Shown piece after piece: positions 7,370-16,059 of a stretch of DNA of 32,000 nucleotides (within the stretch, counting starts at the first letter, position 1; the number at the start of each line of letters is the position of its first letter). The stretch comes from Prochlorococcus marinus str. NATL2A (GTDB taxonomy: Bacteria; Cyanobacteriota; Cyanobacteriia; PCC-6307; Cyanobiaceae): the NCBI RefSeq assembly GCF_000012465.1, contig NC_007335.2:1800001-1832000 (forward strand), read 5' to 3'. Under the pieces are notes generated by a model. That model made no database searches, was not told the origin of the DNA, and saw nothing but the letters and a program-made list of their open reading frames with translations. Made by a program: the position numbers and the translations under genes.

Positions 7370-8228
7370 TGGAATGATTGCTGCAGGTGGCAAGAAATCA
7401 TCTGTAAGCGTAAAAAACTTGCTAATAAGAGGCTTCTATTCAGGAGCAATTTTAGGTTTAGCGACATGTCTTGCAATTACTATTGGTATTCAATCTGGGA
7501 TGCCTTGGTTAGGTTCTTTTATATTTCCTTTTGGTTTTGCAAGTATCGTTCTTTTCGGTATGGAGCTTGTTACTGGTAATTTTGCGTTACTACCAATGGC
7601 CGTATGGGCTGGAAAGAGTTCTTGGTCTGCAACTGTAAGGAATTGGCTATGGGTTTGGATCGGTAATTTTCTAGGTACAGCATTTGTTGCCGTACTACTT
7701 TCAATTAGTTTATCAAGTGCTGGAAATGTAGATCCATTAACTGCTGCTGAAGGTGGAAAAGGATGGGCAGTTGTAGCAGCAAAAATAATAGCTATACATA
7801 AAGCAAACACAGTTGTTAAATATGAAGCACTTGGAAGTACTGGTTTTTTCCTTGCATTTTTACGTGGAGTAATTGCAAACTGGCTGGTTTGTTTAGGTGT
7901 AACAATGGCACTTGTAAGTAAAAGTGTTCCAGGAAAGATACTTGCTTGCTGGCTACCTATAACTGCATTCCAAACAATGGGAATGGAGCACATAGTAGTT
8001 AATATGTTTTTGCATACAACTGGCCCTCTACTTGGTTCGGGTATTCCTTTTACAAAAGTAATTTTTTGGAATTTCTTACCAGTGACGATTGGAAATATTG
8101 TTGGAGGAATGGTATTTATTGGAATGCTTTTCTATAGCACCCACAAAACTCCTATCTCTAATGTTTTACCAGACGTAAAAGATGAAAAATTAGAACGAGA
8201 GCTCGAAGCACAACTTGGTGCAAGATAA
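7317..8228 (+). CDS. focA: formate/nitrite transporter family protein (nitrite channel)
   Basis: 303-aa polytopic membrane protein with FNT-family features (GMELVTGNF, ..VCLGV.., NIVGG). Lies immediately downstream of nirA, as in nitrite-assimilating marine picocyanobacteria. Confidence 0.88.
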   Translation: MTSSASQMDYVLPNELVDGMIAAGGKKSSVSVKNLLIRGFYSGAILGLATCLAITIGIQSGMPWLGSFIFPFGFASIVLFGMELVTGNFALLPMAVWAGKSSWSATVRNWLWVWIGNFLGTAFVAVLLSISLSSAGNVDPLTAAEGGKGWAVVAAKIIAIHKANTVVKYEALGSTGFFLAFLRGVIANWLVCLGVTMALVSKSVPGKILACWLPITAFQTMGMEHIVVNMFLHTTGPLLGSGIPFTKVIFWNFLPVTIGNIVGGMVFIGMLFYSTHKTPISNVLPDVKDEKLERELEAQLGAR

Positions 8229-8256
8229 AATTAAAAAAATTAAATTTTAAACTAAA

Positions 8257-8295
8257 TTAAGAAAGCCTAGAAAGTTGTATTCTAGGCTTTCTTAA
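8257..8295 (+). terminator. Strong hairpin downstream of focA (15-bp perfect stem, 9-nt loop)
   Basis: TTAAGAAAGCCTAGA (8257-8271), loop aagttgtat, then TCTAGGCTTTCTTAA (8281-8295), an exact reverse complement. It starts 29 nt after the focA stop. There is no clean U-tract after the 3' arm. Confidence 0.6.
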
Positions 8296-8446
8296 TATGT
8301 CTACTATTTAATAGTTATTAATAGGGTTTTAAAAGATTTTCCATTAATCTCTAAACAAATCAGATACTTGACTTGATCAATAAACAAATAGTAAATTAAA
8401 AAATTACTTTGATTAATTATTTTCTAATCCACTAAATTTAAATTCT

Positions 8447-9157
8447 ATGATTATTGAAGAAAGCAATATATGGGATACCATTAATAACGCGAAAAAAACC
8501 AAGCCAAGTGCTGAGTGGCTTAAGACTGCATACAATCCAAATATTAACTTTGAACTTAGACAAGAAATCGCTATTCGCTTGGGACAATTATCAAAAGTAG
8601 GATGGATAAAAATAAAAGATCTACTTAAGACGTATGGAAATAAAGATGAACTAATCCTTGCTGCAGGACTTACTTATCAAGATGATGCCAAAGAATGGCT
8701 CTTAAACCATCTCTATAGTGATGACACAATGAACATCAAAGTCGTAGAAGCTTTGGCTTGCTGGGGAGGAACCTTACCGATTGAGCTTATTAAAAAAACA
8801 TTAGAAGAAAAAAGTGCGCAAATGAAAATAGCTGGTTTAGAATTATTAAAATTCAAAGCTCATTTACTTTCTGATTTTGATTTACTTGAGATAGCAAAAT
8901 CTCCTTTAAATGATTTCAGAGAAGAGATAGTGATCAAAACACTGACAATAATTCAAAGACGTGAAAGCTTAGATATCTGTGAAGCCATCAGCGATGTAAT
9001 ACAAAAAGGCTCGGATAAATCTGCGTACTATGGACTAATGGCTCTTGGTTCAATCGGTACTAAAATTAGTAAAAATATCCTATTAGATTTAGTTAAAAAT
9101 TTAAAGAATACTGAGCGCAAAGAACTTGCAAAAAAACAACTTAACTTTGAAATATAA
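8447..9157 (+). CDS. HEAT/armadillo-like helical repeat protein, function unknown
   Basis: 236-aa all-helical-looking protein with recurring roughly 30-aa leucine-rich segments resembling PBS-lyase-type HEAT repeats (e.g. ...VVEALACWGG..., ...AYYGLMALGSIG...). A 6-nt gap separates it from the next ORF. Confidence 0.5.
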   Translation: MIIEESNIWDTINNAKKTKPSAEWLKTAYNPNINFELRQEIAIRLGQLSKVGWIKIKDLLKTYGNKDELILAAGLTYQDDAKEWLLNHLYSDDTMNIKVVEALACWGGTLPIELIKKTLEEKSAQMKIAGLELLKFKAHLLSDFDLLEIAKSPLNDFREEIVIKTLTIIQRRESLDICEAISDVIQKGSDKSAYYGLMALGSIGTKISKNILLDLVKNLKNTERKELAKKQLNFEI

Positions 9158-9163
9158 ACTCCA

Positions 9164-10222
9164 ATGACAAATAAATATGAAGAATTTAAAACCTATTTAA
9201 AAAAAATAGGTAGTGGTGAGTTTACAGGGAAAAGCCTTACTCGCGAAGAAACTAAATCAGCTCTCATGCTGATGCTAAAAGAAGAAGCAAGTGCAGCACA
9301 AATTGGTGGCTTCATGATTGCACATAGAATTAGACGTCCTATCCCTGAAGAACTAGCCGGGATGATTGATGCCTATATCGAACTAGGACCCAAAATTCAA
9401 TCGCCCAGCAATCAACGTCAACCTATATTTTTTGGGATGCCTTTTGATGGTAGGAAAAAAACAGCACCTATTTATCCTCTGACAACTTTACTATTACTAA
9501 CTCAGAAACAGCCTGTTATTTTGCATGGTGGTTCTCGTATGCCAGTAAAATACGGCGTTACCCATAACGAACTCTTTCAAGCCTTAGGAATAAATTTAAC
9601 CGGTCTATCCATAGAGCAACTGCAAAGTTTTTTCAACCATAACTACCTAGCTTTAATACATCAGCCAGATCATTTTCCGCTAGCTGAAAATTTAATTCCT
9701 TATAGAGATCAAATAGGTAAGCGCCCACCTCTAGCAAGTATGGAATTAATCTGGACATGTCATCAAGGAAGTCATCTACATATAAGTGGCTATGTTCATT
9801 CTCCTACTGAAGAAAGACATTGGAAAACCTTAGAACTTATGGGAGAACAAAATGTGATTACTATCAAAGGACTGGAAGGTGGAATAGATCTTTCAATAAG
9901 TCGTTCATCAACAATTGGACAGTACAAAAATCAACATGGAACTAGAACTGTTTTTCATCCCAAAGACTACGAATGTTCTGGAAAAGATATTGAATGGAGC
10001 GACATCACAGAATGGAAGAAATTTGCCTTACAAGCTCTTAATGGCGAAGGCCCTTTAACTAAAGCGTTAGAGTGGAATGCTGGTATTTACTTTTTTTATG
10101 CAGGTATAAGCTCTGATATTAAAGAAGGAATTAATAAAGCAAAAGAAGTAATCAATTCAGGATTTGCTCTCAAGCAATTAGAAAAATTAATTCATTGGAG
10201 TGACGAAAATATTGATTCCTAA
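9164..10222 (+). CDS. TrpD-like (glycosyl transferase family 3 / anthranilate phosphoribosyltransferase fold) protein with degenerate catalytic motifs
   Basis: 352 aa. The N-terminal helical domain resembles TrpD (LTREE......ML.....AAQIGGFMIAHRIR..IPEELAGM). The canonical GTGGD and KHGNR motifs are replaced by GMPFDGR and LHGGSR. Confidence 0.6.
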   Translation: MTNKYEEFKTYLKKIGSGEFTGKSLTREETKSALMLMLKEEASAAQIGGFMIAHRIRRPIPEELAGMIDAYIELGPKIQSPSNQRQPIFFGMPFDGRKKTAPIYPLTTLLLLTQKQPVILHGGSRMPVKYGVTHNELFQALGINLTGLSIEQLQSFFNHNYLALIHQPDHFPLAENLIPYRDQIGKRPPLASMELIWTCHQGSHLHISGYVHSPTEERHWKTLELMGEQNVITIKGLEGGIDLSISRSSTIGQYKNQHGTRTVFHPKDYECSGKDIEWSDITEWKKFALQALNGEGPLTKALEWNAGIYFFYAGISSDIKEGINKAKEVINSGFALKQLEKLIHWSDENIDS

Positions 10223-10240
10223 AAGTTTAAAAAAATAAAT

Positions 10241-10729
10241 TTAATACAAAGTTTTTTCCATCAAATAACGAGAAAAATGCACACCACCTATTTGGATTTC
10301 CTCAGGAGCAATAATTGTCCATCCATGACGTAAAAGCAGTTGATAACTACATAAACTTGCCTCAGTTTTTAAAGTTATTGGCTTATCTGTAAGAGTATCT
10401 GCCTCAATTTGATGTAATAGAGCCGTAGCATGCCCCTGCCGGGACGAACGCCCTCGGCAATAAAGCAATGCCAAGCGATTATGGGGATATTTTAAAGCAA
10501 ATGCTTCAATAGTTTTATCAACACAACTCACCCAGCCCACCCCTTGCTTCAAAGGTTTATCTAAAATCCCAGGAAGATATGCCAAAGCCGACCACGCTTC
10601 AATCTGTTCTTGGCTGTACAAGGATTTATCGCAAGTTCGAATAGCATCTTCATAAACTTCTCTGAGAGCCATTTCATCAGAACTCTCACAAGGTCGCAAA
10701 TATCGATTTAGACTGCTAAATGAAGCCAA
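10241..10729 (-). CDS. GNAT-family N-acetyltransferase
   Basis: 162 aa. The acetyl-CoA-binding-type segment RGRSSRQGHATALL matches the GNAT R/Q-x-x-G-x-G/A pattern and the overall size is typical. TTG start at 10729 as drawn. Confidence 0.6.
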   Translation of the reverse strand: MASFSSLNRYLRPCESSDEMALREVYEDAIRTCDKSLYSQEQIEAWSALAYLPGILDKPLKQGVGWVSCVDKTIEAFALKYPHNRLALLYCRGRSSRQGHATALLHQIEADTLTDKPITLKTEASLCSYQLLLRHGWTIIAPEEIQIGGVHFSRYLMEKTLY

Positions 10730-10775
10730 GTTCTCTGACAGTATGAGAAGGTGAATAAATTATGAGCTATTTGCA

Positions 10776-12020
10776 TTGAGAAGGCTAAAAATTCCCACCC
10801 TTTTAGGAGCTTTCATCACACTTCTAGATGATCGATTAGGCGAAACCATTGTTTTACCTTTATTACCTTTTTTATTAGAACAATTCACGACAAGCGCGAC
10901 GACTCTTGGTTTTTTAACTGGAACTTATGCGATATCTCAGTTTGCTGCAGCCCCACTAATTGGAGCTATGAGTGATCGTTTCGGTCGTAAGCCAATCATG
11001 ATCACATGTGTATCTGGTTCAGTAATAGGAATATGTCTATTTGCATTAACTGTAAGCCTGAATTGGGATAATTATTTACCTTTATGGGCCTCAACTTTAC
11101 CTTTATCTTTACTATTTTTAGCCAGAATAATTGATGGTATCAGTGGCGGTACTGCAGCTACTGCTACTACAATACTTGCAGACATATCAACTCCCGAAAA
11201 TCGCGCAAAAACCTTTGGATTAATTGGAGTAGCGTTTGGTTTGGGTTTTATTCTTGGGCCAGGATTAGGAACAGCTCTTGCTAAATTTAGTGTCACTTTA
11301 CCGGTATGGGTCGCAAGCGGATTTGCAATATTTAATCTTATTTTTGTAATTTTCTTTTTACCGGAAACACTGCCCAAAAACAAAAGAAATTTATTACCAA
11401 GAAAAAGAGATTTGAATCCAATCAGTCAGCTCTTGATTGTATTCAAAAACCCCTTAGCTAGAAGACTTTGCTTATCATTTTTTGTTTTCTTTATGGCATT
11501 TAATGGCTTTACAGCTGTTTTAGTCCTTTATTTAAAAGAAAAATTTGGATGGAGTCCTGAATTATGTAGTGCTGCTTTTATTGTCGTTGGAGTTATCGCG
11601 ATGATTGTTCAAGGAGGCCTAATTGGTCCTCTTGTAAAAAGATTTGGGGAGTCGAGATTAACTTTTGCTGGTATTGGCTTTGTAATGACAGGATGTATTC
11701 TTTTAACTCTCGCAAATATAGATACGTCAATTCCTCTTGTATTTTCTGGCGTCGCAATACTTGCAATGGGAACTGGACTAGTAACTCCTAGTTTAAGAGC
11801 ACTAATTTCAAGAAGACTAAGTTCTATTGGTCAAGGAGCAGTATTGGGAAATCTGCAGGGTTTACAAAGTCTGGGAACTTTTCTTGGAGCAATAGCAGCA
11901 GGACGCTCATATGATCTTTTGGGTCCAAGAAGTCCATTCTTTGGCACAATATTGCTTCTAATATTTGTTATGTTTTTAATTTCAGGGAAAAGTCTTACCA
12001 AGCAAAAAGTAATCTCCTAG
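10776..12020 (+). CDS. MFS transporter (DHA1/TetA-like efflux family)
   Basis: 414 aa with about 12 hydrophobic segments. MFS motif A is GAMSDRFGRKP, and the N-terminal LDD.LGETIVLPLLPF is typical of TetA-like proteins. Starts at TTG, with no upstream in-frame ATG. Confidence 0.75.
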   Translation: MRRLKIPTLLGAFITLLDDRLGETIVLPLLPFLLEQFTTSATTLGFLTGTYAISQFAAAPLIGAMSDRFGRKPIMITCVSGSVIGICLFALTVSLNWDNYLPLWASTLPLSLLFLARIIDGISGGTAATATTILADISTPENRAKTFGLIGVAFGLGFILGPGLGTALAKFSVTLPVWVASGFAIFNLIFVIFFLPETLPKNKRNLLPRKRDLNPISQLLIVFKNPLARRLCLSFFVFFMAFNGFTAVLVLYLKEKFGWSPELCSAAFIVVGVIAMIVQGGLIGPLVKRFGESRLTFAGIGFVMTGCILLTLANIDTSIPLVFSGVAILAMGTGLVTPSLRALISRRLSSIGQGAVLGNLQGLQSLGTFLGAIAAGRSYDLLGPRSPFFGTILLLIFVMFLISGKSLTKQKVIS

Positions 12021-12080
12021 ACTGATAGATGATCAAGATATTAAAATAATAATTAGAAGTTAAATAAATTGGTTATAGAT

Positions 12081-14210
12081 ATGACTAGTCCAAAAATCAA
12101 TAATGAAACTTATATTAATCGTGAACTCAGTTGGATAGATTTTAACAAACGTGTTTTAGAACTTGCTACAGAAGAGGAAACGCCATTACTAGAAAAAATT
12201 AAATTCAGTTCAATTTTTAGCAATAATTTAGACGAATTTTTTATGGTTAGAGTTGCTTCATTAAAATCACAAGTAGAAGGTGGAATCTCAAAAAGAAGCC
12301 AAGATGGAAAATCACCTGAAGAACAACTTATCGGAATTCGAAATTATTTAGACCCTATTTTAAAGACGCAGCAATATAAAACAAAACAATATATTGAAGA
12401 TGACTTTAAAAAAGAGGATATATTTATTCTTGAATATAAAGAATTAAATGAAAGACAAAAAGTTTGGATAAATAATTATTTTACCACTGCAATTTTTCCG
12501 ATACTAACTCCCTTAGCAGTTGACCCTTCTCATCCATTCCCATTTATAAGTAATCTTAGTTTAAATTTAGCTGCAATTATCGTCGATAGTGAATCAGATA
12601 AAGAGCAATTTACCCGCATAAAAATTCCTGGAGAAAGTATTTCCAGATTTATAAGTATTCCAATTGAACTACATGATAATGAATCAACAAAATACACAGG
12701 AATAGCGATTGAACAAATCATTGCAAATAATCTGTCCATGCTTTTCCCTGGAATGAGTGTTAAAGAATATTCGTTCTTTCGCGTTACAAGAGATGCTGAT
12801 CTAGAGCTTCGAGACCTTGAAGCTGATGATTTAATGAGTGCTCTAGAAGAAGGTTTACGCAAGCGCCGCAAAGGAGGTGAAGTAGTCAGGCTCGAAGTCT
12901 CTACAAATACCCCAAAAGTGATTCTTGATCTTTTACAAGAAGGGATGAATATTGACAAAGAAAACTTATATCAAATTGAGGGGTTACTAGCATTAGATGA
13001 ATTAATAGAATTAACTAATTTCAATCTTCCTAAATTAAAATTTAGAGAGCATCAAGGCGTTACTCATAATTCACTCAAAAATAGTCAATTACGAGAACAA
13101 GAAGAATTAGATACTAGAAGTAACAGCAATTTTAAAAGTATATTCTCCATTATTCGCCGTAGTGATTTACTAGTCCATCACCCATACAATCTATTCTCAA
13201 CATCAGTCGAAGAGTTTATTAATCAAGCTGCGGAAGATAAGCAAGTCATGGGAATCAAAATGACCTTGTATAGAATTTCCAAAGACTCTTTAATTATTGA
13301 TGCCCTAATAAGAGCTGCTGAGAAAGGAAAGCAAGTCATGGCTCTAGTTGAACTAAAAGCAAGATTTGATGAAGATAATAATATCCAATGGGCAAAACAA
13401 TTAGAGCAAGCTGGAGTGCATGTTGTCTATGGAGTAATTGGACTAAAAACTCATACAAAAATCGCTTTGATTATAAGAAAAGAAAAAAACAGATTAAGAA
13501 CATACTTTCATATTGGGACTGGTAATTATAATTCGAAGACGTCTAAAACATATACAGATTTTGGCTTACTGTCTTGCCAACCTGAACTTGGTCAAGATCT
13601 TATTGAACTATTTAATTATCTGACTGGATTTGCTAAACAACAATCCTACAGAAAATTATTAGTTGCACCGGTAACTCTTAGAAGTGGAATAGAAAAACTA
13701 ATAAAAAGAGAAATCAATTATGCAAAAAATGGCTTACCAGCCAAGATAATAGCCAAAATGAACTCCCTAGTTGATCCAGAAATCATAAAATTACTTTATA
13801 TAGCATCGCAGGAAGGAGTAAAAATTGAACTTATAATTAGAGGAATGTGCTGCCTATACCCTCAGAAAAAAGGGTTAAGCGAAAATATAAAAGTAACAAG
13901 CATTATTGGTAGATTTTTAGAACATTCAAGAATCTTTTGGTTTAATAACGATGGAGATGCAGAAGTATTTATTGGTAGTGCAGATTGGATGAGGCGTAAT
14001 TTAGATAGAAGAGTTGAAGCAGTTACACCTATTGAAGAGAATAAGATTAAAAAAGAAATTAAACATTTATTAGATTCTTATTTAGAAGCAAATCAAGACT
14101 CTTGGAACATGCAAAGTGATGGAAGCTATACCAAGAATCAAATTTTGAATGATAAGAAAAAATATATTCAAGAAAAAATTATTAAGCTATACAAAAAAGA
14201 AGAAAATTAA
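12081..14210 (+). CDS. ppk: polyphosphate kinase 1
   Basis: About 709 aa from the ATG at 12081; the track ORF starts at TTG 12069. N-terminal YINRELSWIDFN.RVLE and the catalytic-His region GLKTHTKIALIIR are PPK1 hallmarks. Confidence 0.92.
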   Translation: MTSPKINNETYINRELSWIDFNKRVLELATEEETPLLEKIKFSSIFSNNLDEFFMVRVASLKSQVEGGISKRSQDGKSPEEQLIGIRNYLDPILKTQQYKTKQYIEDDFKKEDIFILEYKELNERQKVWINNYFTTAIFPILTPLAVDPSHPFPFISNLSLNLAAIIVDSESDKEQFTRIKIPGESISRFISIPIELHDNESTKYTGIAIEQIIANNLSMLFPGMSVKEYSFFRVTRDADLELRDLEADDLMSALEEGLRKRRKGGEVVRLEVSTNTPKVILDLLQEGMNIDKENLYQIEGLLALDELIELTNFNLPKLKFREHQGVTHNSLKNSQLREQEELDTRSNSNFKSIFSIIRRSDLLVHHPYNLFSTSVEEFINQAAEDKQVMGIKMTLYRISKDSLIIDALIRAAEKGKQVMALVELKARFDEDNNIQWAKQLEQAGVHVVYGVIGLKTHTKIALIIRKEKNRLRTYFHIGTGNYNSKTSKTYTDFGLLSCQPELGQDLIELFNYLTGFAKQQSYRKLLVAPVTLRSGIEKLIKREINYAKNGLPAKIIAKMNSLVDPEIIKLLYIASQEGVKIELIIRGMCCLYPQKKGLSENIKVTSIIGRFLEHSRIFWFNNDGDAEVFIGSADWMRRNLDRRVEAVTPIEENKIKKEIKHLLDSYLEANQDSWNMQSDGSYTKNQILNDKKKYIQEKIIKLYKKEEN

Positions 14211-14362
14211 AAAAATTTCATAGCTTTTTTTAAATATTTAATCTATTTTTTTGATGCGCTTTATACCTAATTAGGCGAAAAATCATAAATTTTTCGTTTC
14301 AATTAGTCAACTTCTCCTTATAAGTGCTAACTTCTTAATAAATCTAATTTCAAGAGGCCAGG

Positions 14363-15388
14363 GTGATGGGGATCCCGCTGGAATCTGCCAAGGAAATTTC
14401 TGATGTTTCATCGGGAAAATCTAATTCGGCAAGCACAAGTCAAAAACTATCTGCATCAACTGTAAGTAGTCAAAAATCTCGAAGTTCTAGAAGACAAAGT
14501 AATCGTCTAGCTACTGATGCGATAGGTTTTTATCTAACAAGTATTGGCAGAGTCCCACTTCTGACTCCTGCAGAAGAAATTGAGCTTGCTCATCATGTTC
14601 AACAAATGAAAGATTTGTTGAATCTTCCTCTTGAAGAACGCTCTACCCGCCAGAAGCACAAAATAAAAATGGGTAAACGGGCAAGAGATCGCATGATGGC
14701 TGCAAATCTTAGACTTGTTGTAAGTGTTGCAAAAAAATATCAAAATCAAGGTCTCGAATTACTCGATTTAGTTCAAGAAGGTGCCATTGGATTAGAAAGA
14801 GCTGTTGATAAATTTGATCCTGCAATGGGTTATAAATTCTCAACCTATGCGTACTGGTGGATAAGGCAAGGGATGACTCGTGCCATTGATAACAGTGCTA
14901 GAACTATTCGACTGCCAATACACATCAGCGAAAAACTTTCAAAAATGCGCCGCATATCGCGTGAATTATCTCATCGATTTGGGAGGCAACCAAATCGACT
15001 CGAGTTGGCAAACGCAATGGGAATTGAACCTCAAGATCTAGAAGATCTAGTGTCTCAAAGTGCACCATGTGCCTCTCTTGATGCTCATGCAAGAGGCGAA
15101 GAAGATCGTAGTACTCTTGGAGAATTAATTCCAGACCCAAATTCTGATGAACCCATGGAAGGGATGGATAGAAGTATTCAAAAAGAACATCTCGGAGGCT
15201 GGTTATCTCAATTAAATGAGAGAGAGCAAAAAATCATGAGACTTCGCTTTGGACTTGATGGAGAAGAACCACTTACTCTAGCTGAAATTGGAAGACAGAT
15301 AAACGTTTCTAGAGAACGTGTAAGACAACTTGAGGCTAAAGCAATTTTAAAATTGAGGGTAATGACTACTCATCAAAACGCTGCCTAA
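14363..15388 (+). CDS. RNA polymerase sigma-70 family factor, group 2 (RpoD-like)
   Basis: 341 aa. Region 2 is DLVQEGAIGLERAVDKFDP..GYKFSTYAYWWIRQ. Region 4 is LTLAEIGRQINVSRERVRQLEAKAILKL. The short Ser-rich N-terminus fits a group-2 factor rather than the principal one. GTG at 14363 is followed directly by ATG at 14366. Confidence 0.85.
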   Translation: MMGIPLESAKEISDVSSGKSNSASTSQKLSASTVSSQKSRSSRRQSNRLATDAIGFYLTSIGRVPLLTPAEEIELAHHVQQMKDLLNLPLEERSTRQKHKIKMGKRARDRMMAANLRLVVSVAKKYQNQGLELLDLVQEGAIGLERAVDKFDPAMGYKFSTYAYWWIRQGMTRAIDNSARTIRLPIHISEKLSKMRRISRELSHRFGRQPNRLELANAMGIEPQDLEDLVSQSAPCASLDAHARGEEDRSTLGELIPDPNSDEPMEGMDRSIQKEHLGGWLSQLNEREQKIMRLRFGLDGEEPLTLAEIGRQINVSRERVRQLEAKAILKLRVMTTHQNAA

Positions 15389-15391
15389 ACA

Positions 15392-16045
15392 TTGCCTATT
15401 CAAATAGCTGTTTTTGTTATTGCTTTATGGATAATTATAATTTTATTGATTGCATTTTTATGTAAGAGATATTTTCCTAAACAAGAGGAGTTAAGTAGAA
15501 AAATTATTCATATAGGAACAGGGCCCGTAATTCTTTTAGCTTGGTTATTTGATATTCCAAAAAATATAGCTTTCTTATCTGCATTGTTTATCACCCTAGC
15601 CTTAGGTATTAATTATCAATATCGTTTATTACCTGCCATTGAAGATATCGAAAGAAAAAGTTTTGGAACAATTGCATATGGCATCAGTATCACACTTTTA
15701 CTTCTATTATTCTGGCCTCGCTACGCATCATCTATTTCCATTGGAGTCCTATCAATGGCTTTTGGTGATGGATTCGCGGGTTTAATCGGAAGATCTATTA
15801 ACTCTCCAAAATGGTCAGTACTTGGTCAAACAAAATCGATTGTTGGAACATTAACAATGACATCAGTAGTAGCCATAACTACTTCAATTATCTCTTCAAC
15901 TAATAATTTAGGCATACAACCACTAGATATTTTAGGTATATCACTCATAGCAACTTTTTTAGAACAAATAAGTCCTTGGGGCATTGATAATCTAACTGTT
16001 CCTATTGGAGTAACTTGTATTGGAATATGGTTAGTAGGAATATAA
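15392..16045 (+). CDS. phytol kinase / dolichol-kinase-like CTP-dependent membrane kinase
   Basis: 217-aa polytopic protein with SRKIIHIGTGP and a GDGFAGLIGR-type motif, as in the VTE5/dolichol kinase family. TTG start 3 nt after the sigma factor stop. Confidence 0.55.
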   Translation: MPIQIAVFVIALWIIIILLIAFLCKRYFPKQEELSRKIIHIGTGPVILLAWLFDIPKNIAFLSALFITLALGINYQYRLLPAIEDIERKSFGTIAYGISITLLLLLFWPRYASSISIGVLSMAFGDGFAGLIGRSINSPKWSVLGQTKSIVGTLTMTSVVAITTSIISSTNNLGIQPLDILGISLIATFLEQISPWGIDNLTVPIGVTCIGIWLVGI

Positions 16046-16059
16046 ACAGTTAACTACAT

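Noticed and set aside
7490-7993. 167-aa ORF antisense to focA. Similar long antisense ORFs occur at 12530-12958 in ppk, 5446-5790 in nirA, 11072-11383 in the MFS gene, 24887-25220 in dnaK, and other sites.
   Set aside because: All lie entirely inside well-supported genes on the opposite strand. They have low-complexity or odd composition and no motifs. They are typical shadow ORFs.
8391-8407. GTA...TAC pair upstream of the HEAT-repeat gene that looked like an NtcA box.
   Set aside because: The spacer is 11 nt, not 8, so it does not fit the NtcA consensus.
10381-10620. A locally GC-richer patch inside the GNAT gene (hand-counted lines at about 42-47% GC), which could hint at horizontal acquisition.
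   Set aside because: Averaged over the whole gene, my hand count is only about 41%, similar to conserved genes such as dnaK and cobA in this window. The neighbouring MFS gene is about 37%. No flanking repeats, tRNA or integrase are present. The signal is not strong enough.
10762-10779. Five-codon mini-ORF (ATG AGC TAT TTG CAT TGA) overlapping the TTG start of the MFS gene, a possible leader peptide.
   Set aside because: It is too short and unsupported. It is more likely a coincidental ATG in an AT-rich spacer.
14276-14299. Hairpin CGAAAAAT-cataa-ATTTTTCG followed by TTT, downstream of ppk and upstream of the sigma factor gene.
   Set aside because: The stem is 8 bp with only two G:C pairs and is thermodynamically weak. 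It may be a weak ppk terminator but cannot be supported from sequence alone.
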